From Candidatus Omnitrophota bacterium (GTDB taxonomy: Bacteria; Omnitrophota; JACPQZ01), in contig JACPQZ010000038.1 in the NCBI GenBank assembly GCA_016190205.1, forward strand, positions 4,005-68,004: a DNA stretch of 64,000 bases, given 5' to 3'. This document shows, piece by piece, positions 17,152 through 27,005 of the stretch. The notes beneath the pieces are model-generated. The model had not been told where the DNA came from and searched no databases. It worked only from the letters and a program-made list of their open reading frames with translations. Numbering within the stretch: position 1 is the first letter of the stretch; every line of letters starts with the position of its first letter. The position numbers were made by a program, and so were the translations under genes.

Positions 17152-18203
17152 GTGACTTCCTCCTTTAAAGGACCACGGTTTAACCATTCCATAAAATGCT
17201 CTACCTGATCATGCAAGATAAGTTCACACGCCGGGAGGTGCCTTCCCCGTTCCTTGAGCGCGGCTTGGGACGCGGCGGTAAGATCATCGATATTCTTAAG
17301 GTGCACGCCGCGCACCTCGCCCGCCGCGGGGTCCACGTTGCGGGGGACGGCGAGATCCAATAGATAAACGGGTCTCCCGCTGCGGCGGGTCATGACGGCG
17401 AGCATGTCCTCGCGGCTTAATACATAATGGGGTGCCTGGGTTGAGAGTACGGCGAGATCCACCTCTTCCAAATATCTCATCCCCTCTTCCCACGAAGCCC
17501 ATCCTGCCCGGCAAATCTCCGCCAGGTCCTGGGCCCTGGAGAGGGTGCGATTGACGACCCAGAGCCGGCCCAATCCAGCCTGGGTGAGATTCCGGGCCGT
17601 AGACTCCGAGGCCTTGCCCGCCCCCCAAACGAGCGCGCTTCTACATTCAAGATCCTGTCCCAAGGACTCGCGCGCCCAGCGCACGACCATGGATCCTATG
17701 GAGGTCTGCCCCTTTGCGATATCGGTTCGCGAACGCACGAGGTGCGCGCAGTGAAATGCCTTCTGAAAAAGCCGGTTTAAAATGGAATCCGCGGCCCCCG
17801 CGCTTACGGCCGCGCCATAGGCGTGCTTGACCTGGGCCGTGATCTCGGTTTCTCCCAAAATCATGGAATCCAGACCTGCCGTCACGCGAAAGAGGTGGTG
17901 CGCCGCCTCCCGCCTTTCCATCCAGTACAAGTGTGCCTCGAATTCGGAAGGCTCCAGATGACTTAAGCCCGCTAAAAGCTCCACTCCTTGAGCGCGCGCT
18001 TCGTGGAGATTACCACTTACCGCGTAAAGCTCCGTCCGGTTACAGGTAGACAAAATAACCGCTTCCTGAATGGAAGCGGTTAAGAGTCCTGGGAGGGCCT
18101 TTGGTAAATCCCGTGACGGGATGGAAAGCCGCTCGCGCAGATGGATGGGCGCGGTGCGGTGATTCATTCCTAAGACGGATAGGGACATGACCCTCCCAAA
18201 CAA
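17130..18203 (-). CDS. hemA: Glutamyl-tRNA reductase
   Basis: GMNHRTAPIHLRERLSI, VILSTCNRTELYAV and a Rossmann GAGK motif. It lies upstream of, and in the same orientation as, the cytochrome genes. Confidence 0.8.
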   Translation of the reverse strand: MFGRVMSLSVLGMNHRTAPIHLRERLSIPSRDLPKALPGLLTASIQEAVILSTCNRTELYAVSGNLHEARAQGVELLAGLSHLEPSEFEAHLYWMERREAAHHLFRVTAGLDSMILGETEITAQVKHAYGAAVSAGAADSILNRLFQKAFHCAHLVRSRTDIAKGQTSIGSMVVRWARESLGQDLECRSALVWGAGKASESTARNLTQAGLGRLWVVNRTLSRAQDLAEICRAGWASWEEGMRYLEEVDLAVLSTQAPHYVLSREDMLAVMTRRSGRPVYLLDLAVPRNVDPAAGEVRGVHLKNIDDLTAASQAALKERGRHLPACELILHDQVEHFMEWLNRGPLKEEVTCPVQVS

Positions 18204-18246
18204 ACGCTGTTTGAGCCCCCATGATAAGACAGGTCCGGGGAGACTA

Positions 18247-18264
18247 CTATGATACAGGTCATAG
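18247..18264. promoter_or_regulatory. Perfect inverted repeat CTATGA-N6-TCATAG (Crp/Fnr-type operator geometry) upstream of hemA
   Basis: Read directly from the sequence. The 5-6 bp half-sites with a 6-bp spacer resemble TGTGA-N6-TCACA. About 45-60 bp upstream of the hemA start, next to two Crp/Fnr regulator genes. Confidence 0.3.
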
Positions 18265-18349
18265 AGCCAACGATCATAAATTAACCCCTAGTATAAGTTA
18301 CAAGAAGGGGTCAGGTGAAGAACGAATATTAATACTATAGGCTGGGCGC

Positions 18350-19042
18350 TTAATTGCAGTTTCGCAGGATACCCTTAAGCTGCCGGGGGGCTAATATCGT
18401 AATCCAGCCCCTGCCGGACGAAACCCATCCCTTTTGCTTGAGGTGCGCCAGCGTGCGGATGGAGGTCTCCCAGCGCGTGCCCACCATACGCGCGAGCTCC
18501 TGGTGCGTAATGGGAACGGTCCGGCCGAAGGAATTTCGGAGTTTTAAGAGGACGTGCACGAGCCTCTGCTCCACGCTGGCCTGGGAGAGGCTGATCATCT
18601 CCGCCATGTGGCGCATGCGGTCGCAGCAGCTTAAGAGGACCCGGGATGCGAACTTGGGGTAGCGGCTTAACAGTTTAAGAAACGCGGCCCTCGGTATGCG
18701 GAGAAAGCTCGCATCCGTAGCCGCCACGGCGCGTGTGGAGTAGACGCCCCCCCCATCCAGGGCGGAGATCCCGCACAGGGCCTCGTCGGGCGTCAGGATA
18801 AAAATGGTGGCGTACCCCCCGTTTAAGGTGTGTTTAATAAGATACACCCAGCCGCTTTCGATGATCCAGACAAACTCGGCCGGGTCCCCTTCATCGAAGA
18901 TGACCTTGCCCTTCTTAAATTTAAGGAATTCCAGCTCCCGGGATAGGCCCCTCCGCGCCGAGCTCGGCATGGAGCAGAAATAGGAGATCCGGTCCAGGGA
19001 ATCGAGGGTAATCATGGCGGTACCAAGATACCCCCTCGGCAC
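18350..19042 (-). CDS. Crp/Fnr-family transcriptional regulator
   Basis: cNMP-binding domain plus C-terminal HTH (ELARMVGTRWETSIRTLAHLKQKGWV). Confidence 0.8.
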   Translation of the reverse strand: MPRGYLGTAMITLDSLDRISYFCSMPSSARRGLSRELEFLKFKKGKVIFDEGDPAEFVWIIESGWVYLIKHTLNGGYATIFILTPDEALCGISALDGGGVYSTRAVAATDASFLRIPRAAFLKLLSRYPKFASRVLLSCCDRMRHMAEMISLSQASVEQRLVHVLLKLRNSFGRTVPITHQELARMVGTRWETSIRTLAHLKQKGWVSSGRGWITILAPRQLKGILRNCN

Positions 19043-19062
19043 GAAGTCTTCTATGATTAAGA

Positions 19063-19743
19063 TCAGGGTTTGGGAGAGTGATTGAGGAAAGCCGCCAGGC
19101 CTTCGGAATTGGTGATCGTGGTCTTGCCGCGTGAAGATTGAATCAAGCCCTGCTGCTTGAAACGGCTCAAGATCCGGATGGCCGTCTCATGGGTGGTGCC
19201 GGCGATCTCGGCAAACTCCTGGCGGGTCAACGGGATGGTACCTGAAAATTTCTTGCCCAATACGAGCAGGGTATGGGCGAGCCTAAGTTCCGCCGGTTCG
19301 TACAGCCGGCAGCCGGCCCGTTCCACGATCCTCAAGCGCTCGCAGAAAAGGCACATGACGTCTTGCGTGAAATCAAAAGACCGCCTCATGATGCCGTGCA
19401 TGGCCTGAATGGGAATGCGCATGACGGTCGTGGGCTCCGCCGCCACGGCATCCGCAGGGTAGGGCTTGCGGTCTAAGGAAGGAAGACAGCAAAACACCTC
19501 GCCGCGGGTCATGACACAAGTCGTACTCACCTTGCCGTCGGCCAGGACTTTTAAAAGATGCACGCGCCCGCTCTTGACGAGCCAAACGGCATCGGAGGGC
19601 TGGCCCTCATAAAAGATGACCTCTCCTTTGGCAAAATGCTTTTCGGACGAGGCCTCCGCCAGACGGTGCTGGTCTTCCCGGCTTAAACGGCGGAAGGGAT
19701 CTGTCTTTTGAAGGAGCGCGCCATTTTCGGTCATACCGCGCAC
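19063..19743 (-). CDS. Crp/Fnr-family transcriptional regulator (paralogue of the adjacent gene)
   Basis: cNMP-binding domain plus HTH (EFAEIAGTTHETAIRILSRFKQQGLIQS). Confidence 0.8.
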   Translation of the reverse strand: MRGMTENGALLQKTDPFRRLSREDQHRLAEASSEKHFAKGEVIFYEGQPSDAVWLVKSGRVHLLKVLADGKVSTTCVMTRGEVFCCLPSLDRKPYPADAVAAEPTTVMRIPIQAMHGIMRRSFDFTQDVMCLFCERLRIVERAGCRLYEPAELRLAHTLLVLGKKFSGTIPLTRQEFAEIAGTTHETAIRILSRFKQQGLIQSSRGKTTITNSEGLAAFLNHSPKP

Positions 19744-21521
19744 TCTCCCTGACCCACGGTGAGCTTAAATTCCTCTTTTTGATCCCAGTCCACGTACACG
19801 CCGCGGTTCGTGTCGTACTCCTCAACTTGGGCGAGGTCCTTCAAGGCCTCACGCGCGGCCTCGCGGTCGAGGCGTCTTAAGTACGCTGCGATCGATTCAC
19901 CCGGGGCGCGTTCCTTGCGATAGAGCGCAATAATACGCTCAACCGCCTCGGGCACCTTTTTGGTAGGGAGCTTCATGATGGCGCGTCCTATCTGGCAGAC
20001 TTCCTGGTCCATGCCGCCCCCGAAGAACATCTGCACATGGGGAACCTCACGGCCGTTACGAGTTCCCACCGCCCCGTGAAAGCCTAAGGCCGCGACGTGG
20101 TGCTGGCCGCAGGAATTGGGGCAGCCGCTGATTTTGATGGTCAAGTCCTTGACGTCCTCGTACTTCCCATTGCCCTGGGCAAACATCTCGTTCAAGGCCC
20201 GCGCAAGTCCTTTCGAGGACGTGATCCCGAGATTACAGGTATCCGCCCCGGGGCAGGCCAGGACATCGTAGACCTGTCCTGCCCCCGCCTTGGGAAAACC
20301 CAATTTTTGAAGCTCCACATAAAGAGCCAGGACATGTTCGTCACGGACCCAGCGGATGAGCACGTTCTGGGTAATGGAAAGCCGCACCTTGCCGTCGGCA
20401 AAACGGGTTGATAGTTCAGCCATGCCCCTCATCTGGGCGGGGGTCATATCCCCAATAGGAATGAGGACCTCGACCGTGGAGTAACCCTTGTGCTTCTGGG
20501 GGAAGACGTTGGCCGCCTTCCAATGATTGAACTCGGGGCTCGTGAGCATCACCTTTGGCGGCGGGTTTTTAGGAGAGGGGGGAGGGGCCTCCTCCCACTT
20601 GGCTTTATATTCCTCGATATCCGGGTACCTGACGCCCTGGGCCTTCAAGGCTTCGGCCTCTTGCAAAACGCGCTTTTTAAATTCTTCAAAACCAATTTTT
20701 CTTACCAGAAACTTCATACGGGCTTGGTTTTTGTTGACGCGGTCTCCGCATCGGTCTTGAATCCTGACGATCGCGTGCATGAGCCGGAGAAAATCCTTTT
20801 CCTGGACAAAGTCGGACAGGAGCTGGCCCACCATCGGGGCTGCCCCCAAGCCCCCGCCCGCATACATCTTAAATCCGCACACGGGTTTTCCGTTTACAGC
20901 CTTTATCTTGGGGACCAGGCCAATTTCGTTAAACGTCACCTGCCCCTCATTCTTATGCGAGGAGGCGAAATTGATCTTAAACTTGCGCGGGAGCTTCTGG
21001 CTGTCGGGGTGCCTTAAGAAATACGCGGAGGTCATGCGCGCATAGGGGGTGACGTCAAAAGGCTCTTCTGAACTCACCCCCGCCATGGGATCGGCCACCA
21101 CGTTTCGGATGGAGTTGCCGCAGGCCTCCCGCGTTGTCAGGCCCGCCTCGTACAGAAGGCGCAATACGGTGGGCGTATCCGGGGTCTGGACGAAGTGTAT
21201 CTGGATGTCCTGCCGGGTCGTGATGTGGCCCAGTTTGTGCGCGGTGTAGTTATCGATAATATCGGCGATACGCACGAGCTGATCGCGGGTTAAGATCCCC
21301 GAGGGGATCTTGATCCGGATCATGTGGTTCGTGCCGCCCTGCCTCTGGCCGTAGACCCCCCTCATCAGGCGAAAGGGCCTGAACGTATCGTCAAAAATCT
21401 CCCGCCTCAAGTAGCGGCTGACCATCTCGCTAAAATCAGAAAGATCCTTCTCAACTTCCACTGGAAGGGGTATCCCGGAAGGTTTGAGGGCCCGCGAGGT
21501 TAGTGCGCTGTTCGTTTCCAT
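19731..21521 (-). CDS. Siroheme/[4Fe-4S] ferredoxin-dependent nitrite/sulfite reductase (NirA/Sir family)
   Basis: 596 aa. Cys cluster CPGADTCNLG...CPNSCGQHH is characteristic of siroheme-FeS reductases. Duplicated NIR_SIR ferredoxin-like halves. Confidence 0.75.
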   Translation of the reverse strand: METNSALTSRALKPSGIPLPVEVEKDLSDFSEMVSRYLRREIFDDTFRPFRLMRGVYGQRQGGTNHMIRIKIPSGILTRDQLVRIADIIDNYTAHKLGHITTRQDIQIHFVQTPDTPTVLRLLYEAGLTTREACGNSIRNVVADPMAGVSSEEPFDVTPYARMTSAYFLRHPDSQKLPRKFKINFASSHKNEGQVTFNEIGLVPKIKAVNGKPVCGFKMYAGGGLGAAPMVGQLLSDFVQEKDFLRLMHAIVRIQDRCGDRVNKNQARMKFLVRKIGFEEFKKRVLQEAEALKAQGVRYPDIEEYKAKWEEAPPPSPKNPPPKVMLTSPEFNHWKAANVFPQKHKGYSTVEVLIPIGDMTPAQMRGMAELSTRFADGKVRLSITQNVLIRWVRDEHVLALYVELQKLGFPKAGAGQVYDVLACPGADTCNLGITSSKGLARALNEMFAQGNGKYEDVKDLTIKISGCPNSCGQHHVAALGFHGAVGTRNGREVPHVQMFFGGGMDQEVCQIGRAIMKLPTKKVPEAVERIIALYRKERAPGESIAAYLRRLDREAAREALKDLAQVEEYDTNRGVYVDWDQKEEFKLTVGQGECAV

Positions 21522-21627
21522 AACTAGTTCCTTTTAAAGGGCTTATAGATTTAATAAGGCGGGGTGCGTCACTGCTCGGTGATGTACGTCACCTAGCGTA
21601 CCACAAGGGCGGCTGCCCGGTCAAATG

Positions 21628-21670
21628 CCAGACACGCTGTCGTGTCTGCCAGACACGACAGCGTGTCTGG
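21628..21670. repeat. Interlocking perfect palindromes CCAGACACG-CTGT-CGTGTCTG-C-CAGACACG-ACAG-CGTGTCTGG
   Basis: Read directly: three overlapping hairpins/cruciforms (8-11 bp arms) between the phoU stop and the upstream region of nirA/sir. No T-tract follows. Confidence 0.5.
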
Positions 21671-21671
21671 G

Positions 21672-22349
21672 TCACGGGGGGGGTGCTACCAAATCCTTGG
21701 TGTGGTGCTTAATAGACTTTCCCTGAACGAGATAGATCACATCCTCCGCAATATTGGTGGCATGATCGGCCACCCGCTCCACCTGGCGGCTCACGAGGAT
21801 GAGGCTCAAGGACCGTGTGATCGTCTTGGAATCTTCCAGCATATAGGTCAAAAGGGCGCGGAAAATCTGATGATCGAGTTCGTCCACTTCCCGGTCCCTT
21901 AGGCAGACTTGACGCGCGAGCCCCGCGTCCTTCCGGACAAAGGCATCCAGGCTATCCTTAAACATCCCCTGCGCGAGATCAGCCATGCGGGTGAGATTGA
22001 CCAGGGGTTTTAAGGGGGGCTCCTTGATAAGGTCCAGAACCCGCTCGGCAATATTGACCGCGAGGTCCCCCACGCGCTCGAGGTCGTTATTGAGCTTAAA
22101 GGCCATTGCAATGAACCTCAAATCGACCGCCTCCGGCTGGTAGAGCGCCAAGAGCTTTAGGCACCTCTCATCGATCGCGATCTCAAGCTGATCGATTGAT
22201 TTGTCCGCCTGGATCACGCCCTCCGCAAGTTTCGGATCCCGCGCGACCAAAGACTTCACGGCCTTACCGATGGCCTCCTCTGCAAGGCCAGCCATCGTCA
22301 ACAGATCCTGCCTTAACCCTTTAAGTTCCGCCTCGATGCGCTCACGCAT
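21672..22349 (-). CDS. phoU: Phosphate signalling complex protein PhoU
   Basis: 225 aa with two PhoU repeats; motifs DLRFIAMAFKLNNDLERVGDLAVNIAE. Confidence 0.85.
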   Translation of the reverse strand: MRERIEAELKGLRQDLLTMAGLAEEAIGKAVKSLVARDPKLAEGVIQADKSIDQLEIAIDERCLKLLALYQPEAVDLRFIAMAFKLNNDLERVGDLAVNIAERVLDLIKEPPLKPLVNLTRMADLAQGMFKDSLDAFVRKDAGLARQVCLRDREVDELDHQIFRALLTYMLEDSKTITRSLSLILVSRQVERVADHATNIAEDVIYLVQGKSIKHHTKDLVAPPP

Positions 22350-22361
22350 GGCCTGCCCCTC

Positions 22362-23138
22362 TCATCCAAAACGACCTGTGATATATGCCTCGGTCCTTTT
22401 ATCCGTTGGGTTCGTAAACATAGTCTCCGTCTGGTCAAATTCCACGAGTTCTCCCATCAGCAAAAACCCAGCCACATCTGAAACCCGCGCCGCCTGCTGC
22501 ATGTTGTGCGTGACGATGACAATAGTATAGCGCGCCTTCAGGGTATACAACAGCTCCTCAATCTTGCCCGTAGCGATGGGGTCCAGGGCCGAACAGGGCT
22601 CGTCGAGGAGCAAGACCTCCGGACCCACGGCCAGGGTGCGCGCAATGCAGAGGCGCTGCTGCTGCCCTCCGGAAAGCCCCAGGGCGTTTTTGTGGAGGCG
22701 GTCCCGGACCTCGTCCCAGAGGGCCGCCTGCTTGAGACTGCGCTCCACCACTTCATCGATCACCCTGCGGCTCCTCTCTCCGTTCACGCGCAGCCCATAG
22801 GCGACATTTTCATAGACCGATTTGGGGAAGGGATTGGGCTTTTGAAAGACCATCCCAACCCGCTTGCGGAGCGCACTCACGTCCAAGTTGGGGTCGTAGA
22901 GATCCTGTCCGTACAAACACATGCGGCCTTCTATGCGCGCGCCGTCAATGAGATCGTTTAAGCGATTCAAACAGCGTATGAGCGTGGACTTCCCGCAGCC
23001 GGAAGGCCCGATGAGGGCCGTCACCTGATGCTCACGAAACGGCATGGTAACGTTCGAGATAGCGTGCGCGGTCCCATACCACACGTTGAGGTCTTGTATT
23101 TCCATCGCTGCCTCTTGAGCTCTTACCGCCTCCTCCAT
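22362..23138 (-). CDS. pstB: Phosphate ABC transporter ATP-binding protein PstB
   Basis: Walker [10 protein letters not shown], signature LSGGQQQR and Walker B LLLDEP. It is followed by phoU. Confidence 0.9.
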   Translation of the reverse strand: MEEAVRAQEAAMEIQDLNVWYGTAHAISNVTMPFREHQVTALIGPSGCGKSTLIRCLNRLNDLIDGARIEGRMCLYGQDLYDPNLDVSALRKRVGMVFQKPNPFPKSVYENVAYGLRVNGERSRRVIDEVVERSLKQAALWDEVRDRLHKNALGLSGGQQQRLCIARTLAVGPEVLLLDEPCSALDPIATGKIEELLYTLKARYTIVIVTHNMQQAARVSDVAGFLLMGELVEFDQTETMFTNPTDKRTEAYITGRFG

Positions 23139-23160
23139 CTTCTCTCCTCCCTCCTCCTTC

Positions 23161-24783
23161 CTAAATCTGCGCGCCCTGAAAGCGCGTCCTAAGCCTTGCC
23201 CGTATCACGATCGCGGCCCAGTTGAGCATGAGCACGATCCCCACAAGAAGAAGGGCCGTCATAAACACCATGGGCTTGGAGGCCTCGACATTGGGCGATT
23301 GAAAACCCACGTCGTAGATATGAAACCCGAGATGCATGAAGCGCCTTTCCAGGTGAAAAAAGGGGAAGTTAAGATCGAAGGGAAGCTCGGGCGCAAGCTT
23401 CACCACCCCTGTGATCATGAGGGGCGCCACCTCCCCCGCCCCCCGCGCCATCGCGAGGATCATGCCCGTCAAAATGCCCGGAAGGGCGGAAGGCAGGACG
23501 ACGCGCCAGATGGTCTGAAACCGGGTAGCCCCGCAGGCTAAAGACGCCTCACGGTAGGAACGCGGAACCGCCACCAGCGCCTCTTCTGTCGCGACGATAA
23601 CCACAGGAACAGTCAAGAGGGCAAGCGTAAAAGATGCCCACAAAATTCCCCCTCCTCCAAAGGTCGGCGTAGGAAGCCGCTCCGCGAACAGCAAGCGGTC
23701 TAGTGTTCCCCCCACGAGGTAGCAGAAGAACCCCAGCCCAAAAACCCCGAAGACGATCGAAGGGACCCCGGCCAGGTTATTGACCGCAATGCGGACCGCC
23801 GAAACCAGGGGACCTTTGTGCGCGTACTCATTGAGATAAAGCGCCGTCAAGACCCCGAAGGGCACAACGGCCACCGCCATCATGAGGGTCATGAGCACCG
23901 TACCGAAGATCGCAGGGGCCACCCCGCCTTCCGAGTTGGCCTCGCGCGGCTCATCGAAAATGAATTCCTTGAGGCGCGACGCGTACACACCCAGCCGCCC
24001 GAACCAAGAGAGGCTGTTGGGGGCGTGCACCCGCACGATGGAAGAAATCGGAAGCTCCTTCTTAAAGCCCTCCACCGTGGCCAAGGTCACGCGGTAGGCC
24101 TCATCCTGGGAGCGCAGAACCGTAAGTTCCTCCGCGATTTTTCCGTACCGCTCTTCAAGCCGGCGCATGGCCTCCTCGTGCGCGGCCCGCACACGCTCCA
24201 TCCCCTGGGCACCCAGTCCGTATCTTAGCTCGTTACGGCGCAGGGCCAAACGCTCCCGCTCCATCGCGTCATTGAGTTTGCCGATCACATGCCGTTCGAT
24301 GTGACGGATTTTTTTTGCCCGGGCCCGGGCCGCGCGCATTTCTTCATGAAGCTGCGGCAAAAGTCTGTTCTCGTCCGAAATTTTTGCTTCGGGCGTTTCG
24401 ATCCCCCGGATAAACCCAAAAAACGGGCCCCATTCGAGCCTTTCGACGACCACCGCGTCCTTTGGCTTCGTGCGCCTGATAACCTCATGGTCATTAAGCC
24501 ACACGAAGTCCGTTCCATAAAACTCCCTGTCGGCGATCCGGTAGAAGGTTCTCGTGAAGCCGCTCCCCACGTCCCACGTCCCACGTCCCACGTCCCTCAT
24601 ATATTCCCTGCCTTGCACCACCCCCAAATAAACCTTCCCAGTACCGTCCTCAACCTGCCAGAGCGGCCTTGGCCAGAAGGCCCCCAGCCCCATGTAGAGG
24701 ATGAAACCCAAAAGGGACGCAATCATGATGAGCGAAAGTCCCAGCATCATGCCGGAAAGCCAGGTGTAGAGGCGGTCTTTCAT
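23161..24783 (-). CDS. pstA: Phosphate ABC transporter permease PstA (long form with an approximately 250-aa N-terminal extension)
   Basis: C-terminal core has the typical ABC permease EAA-like region ...[43 protein letters not shown]. Confidence 0.8.
   Translation of the reverse strand: MKDRLYTWLSGMMLGLSLIMIASLLGFILYMGLGAFWPRPLWQVEDGTGKVYLGVVQGREYMRDVGRGTWDVGSGFTRTFYRIADREFYGTDFVWLNDHEVIRRTKPKDAVVVERLEWGPFFGFIRGIETPEAKISDENRLLPQLHEEMRAARARAKKIRHIERHVIGKLNDAMERERLALRRNELRYGLGAQGMERVRAAHEEAMRRLEERYGKIAEELTVLRSQDEAYRVTLATVEGFKKELPISSIVRVHAPNSLSWFGRLGVYASRLKEFIFDEPREANSEGGVAPAIFGTVLMTLMMAVAVVPFGVLTALYLNEYAHKGPLVSAVRIAVNNLAGVPSIVFGVFGLGFFCYLVGGTLDRLLFAERLPTPTFGGGGILWASFTLALLTVPVVIVATEEALVAVPRSYREASLACGATRFQTIWRVVLPSALPGILTGMILAMARGAGEVAPLMITGVVKLAPELPFDLNFPFFHLERRFMHLGFHIYDVGFQSPNVEASKPMVFMTALLLVGIVLMLNWAAIVIRARLRTRFQGAQI
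24568..24595. repeat. Heptanucleotide tandem repeat (CCACGTC)x4 inside the pstA coding sequence
   Basis: Read directly on the plus strand; encodes ...[12 protein letters not shown]... near residue 68 of PstA. The unit length is not a multiple of 3. Confidence 0.6.
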
Positions 24784-27005
24784 AATCCCGCAAGCCTCGC
24801 GCGCAGTTTAAGCCGGACGATCTCCGCCGCCGTATTCACCACAAACGAGATGCCAAAAAGAATAAGGGCGGCCACGAAAAGCACCCGGTAGTGACTGCTT
24901 CCAAAAGGCGCCTCCGGAATCTCCACGGCGATGTTTGCGGAGAGCGCCCGGAAACCGTTAAAGATCGACCAGTCCATGATGGGGGTATTGCCCGTCGCCA
25001 TGAGGACGATCATGGTCTCCCCCACCGCCCGCCCAAAGCCCACCATGACGCCCGAAAAAACCCCGGATCCGGCGGCCGGGAGAACCACCCGCGTGGCCGT
25101 CTGCCAGGCCGTCGCCCCGCAGGCTAAAGACGCCGAAACCAGATGCCTCGGCACCGAGCTAAAGGCATCCTCGCAAATGGTAAATATGATAGGAATAATG
25201 GCAAACCCCATCGCCCAGCCCACGACGATTGAGTTGCGCTGATCATAGCGAATCCCGGCCGCTTGGTTCATCCAGAGGTCAAACCGTCCGCCAAACAGCA
25301 CACGCTCGAGCCAGGGTCCCAATAGTGCCGCCGCCCAGAGCCCGGCCGCGATCCAAACACAAAGGAGCCAGAGCTCACGGCTTGAGGAAAAGGTGCCGGA
25401 TGGCGCACGCCCCTTTGCGCACAGGAGCATCCCCAAGAAGACCACTCCGGGAACTACGAGGGGGACGATGAGGACCGACACGATGTGGCGCTCAACCAAA
25501 GGGGCGAGTACCAGACCCGCCACAAATCCCAGGACCACGCTCGGAAGAGATGCCATGAGTTCAATCACCGACTTACACGGGCCGCGCAGCTTCTTGTCCA
25601 GAAATTGCGAGGTATAGAGAGCCCCAAAAAGCGCGAGCGGCACGGAAAAGAGCATGGCATAAAGAGTCCCCTTAAGCGTCCCAAACACAAGCGGCACGAG
25701 CCCGAACTTGGGCTCAAAGTCATCCGTCGCGCCGTGGGACTGCCAGGTGTGCTTGGGCTCATCATGGCCCTCATACCAGACCTTGCGAAAGAGGGTCTTG
25801 AGACTCACGTCTGGATGGGGATTCGCAATAAACCAGTGCTCGAGCCGGCCCGGACCATCTGTAAACACAGCCCCGTCCGCCTTGGGGGCAAAAGCCACAG
25901 CTTCTGGGACGAACCCTAAAGCCCGCTCCGCGAGCGCCCGTTCGGTGGTCATGTGCATGAGGCGCGCCTTTCCATCCTCGAACACAGCCACAAAGCTCTT
26001 GTCGCGCGGAGAAGGAATGAGTGTCCGGACCGGAGAAGAGTGCAACTGGAAGGGATGGATAAGGGTGAGCTTTTTCCCGTCACGACTTACTGGATCCCCC
26101 ACCAGTGACCAGGTAGACACGCTCCCGTCGCTGCCACCTACTACAAAAGACCGGCCGCCCAAAAGCGGGGTCAGGCCCGTCACCGCACCTTCCGAAACAG
26201 CTCGGACTATCTCCGCGAGCTCGGGCTCCCCCTCCCGTCTGAATTTGAACCGCGCGACTTCCCCCGCCCGCGTCCCTACCAGTAGCCCCGCGCCGTCCTC
26301 CAGAACAAGGACTGTGGTTGGAGCGCCGACATCCTCATACGAAAGGATATCGCTTTTTGTCTCCAAGACGGGCTCCCCAACTAAAGGCCTCTGTATCGCT
26401 ATTCGGCTTAAGACAAGTCTCTGCTCATCCAGGATACATGCGATGACGCCATAGTCCGCGCTCCACGCATGGGAAAGAGCCGAGATAGGGTGCCCAGGCT
26501 CGATCTCGACCACCGCCTCGCGCTCAACGCGCGGTACGGTCTTTGGTTCCGTCCCCTCAAAACCCGTGTCAAGCGCGAGCTCGCCCACCCACACCGCCCC
26601 AGTATCCGTCCCCAGCGCAACGGTTGAGCCGTCGCCGGAGCGGGACGCGGCTTGAACGACCGCTCCATCCAGCCCCGCGAGCTCGACCTCCTGAAGCAGC
26701 CTGCCATCTTTGAGTGAATGCACAAACGCCTTTGGGGCACCGGCAATGATAAGCGCCTCTTCGCGGCGCTCGTCCACGAGCACAAGTCTTGGCTCTTCCC
26801 CGGCCCCCGCGAGTCGAAGCGCGGACACGCGCTCCATGCGCGCCCCGGACAAGAGCGGCAGGGCCTCAAAAAACAAAAAGGCCCCAATCCCCAATATGGC
26901 CGCTATGACCAAGGCCGCATTGGCCGCTATAAAAATGCCCGCCAGACGGTCCTCTATCCTGGCGCGCCGCCTGAAGGGTAATTCTCTTTCGGTTTGCGTT
27001 CTCAA
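24780..27005 (-). CDS. pstC: Phosphate ABC transporter permease PstC (long form with an approximately 400-aa periplasmic insertion)
   Basis: C-terminal ...[50 protein letters not shown] is typical PstC. A large soluble domain follows TM1. Confidence 0.8.
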   Translation of the reverse strand: MRTQTERELPFRRRARIEDRLAGIFIAANAALVIAAILGIGAFLFFEALPLLSGARMERVSALRLAGAGEEPRLVLVDERREEALIIAGAPKAFVHSLKDGRLLQEVELAGLDGAVVQAASRSGDGSTVALGTDTGAVWVGELALDTGFEGTEPKTVPRVEREAVVEIEPGHPISALSHAWSADYGVIACILDEQRLVLSRIAIQRPLVGEPVLETKSDILSYEDVGAPTTVLVLEDGAGLLVGTRAGEVARFKFRREGEPELAEIVRAVSEGAVTGLTPLLGGRSFVVGGSDGSVSTWSLVGDPVSRDGKKLTLIHPFQLHSSPVRTLIPSPRDKSFVAVFEDGKARLMHMTTERALAERALGFVPEAVAFAPKADGAVFTDGPGRLEHWFIANPHPDVSLKTLFRKVWYEGHDEPKHTWQSHGATDDFEPKFGLVPLVFGTLKGTLYAMLFSVPLALFGALYTSQFLDKKLRGPCKSVIELMASLPSVVLGFVAGLVLAPLVERHIVSVLIVPLVVPGVVFLGMLLCAKGRAPSGTFSSSRELWLLCVWIAAGLWAAALLGPWLERVLFGGRFDLWMNQAAGIRYDQRNSIVVGWAMGFAIIPIIFTICEDAFSSVPRHLVSASLACGATAWQTATRVVLPAAGSGVFSGVMVGFGRAVGETMIVLMATGNTPIMDWSIFNGFRALSANIAVEIPEAPFGSSHYRVLFVAALILFGISFVVNTAAEIVRLKLRARLAGL

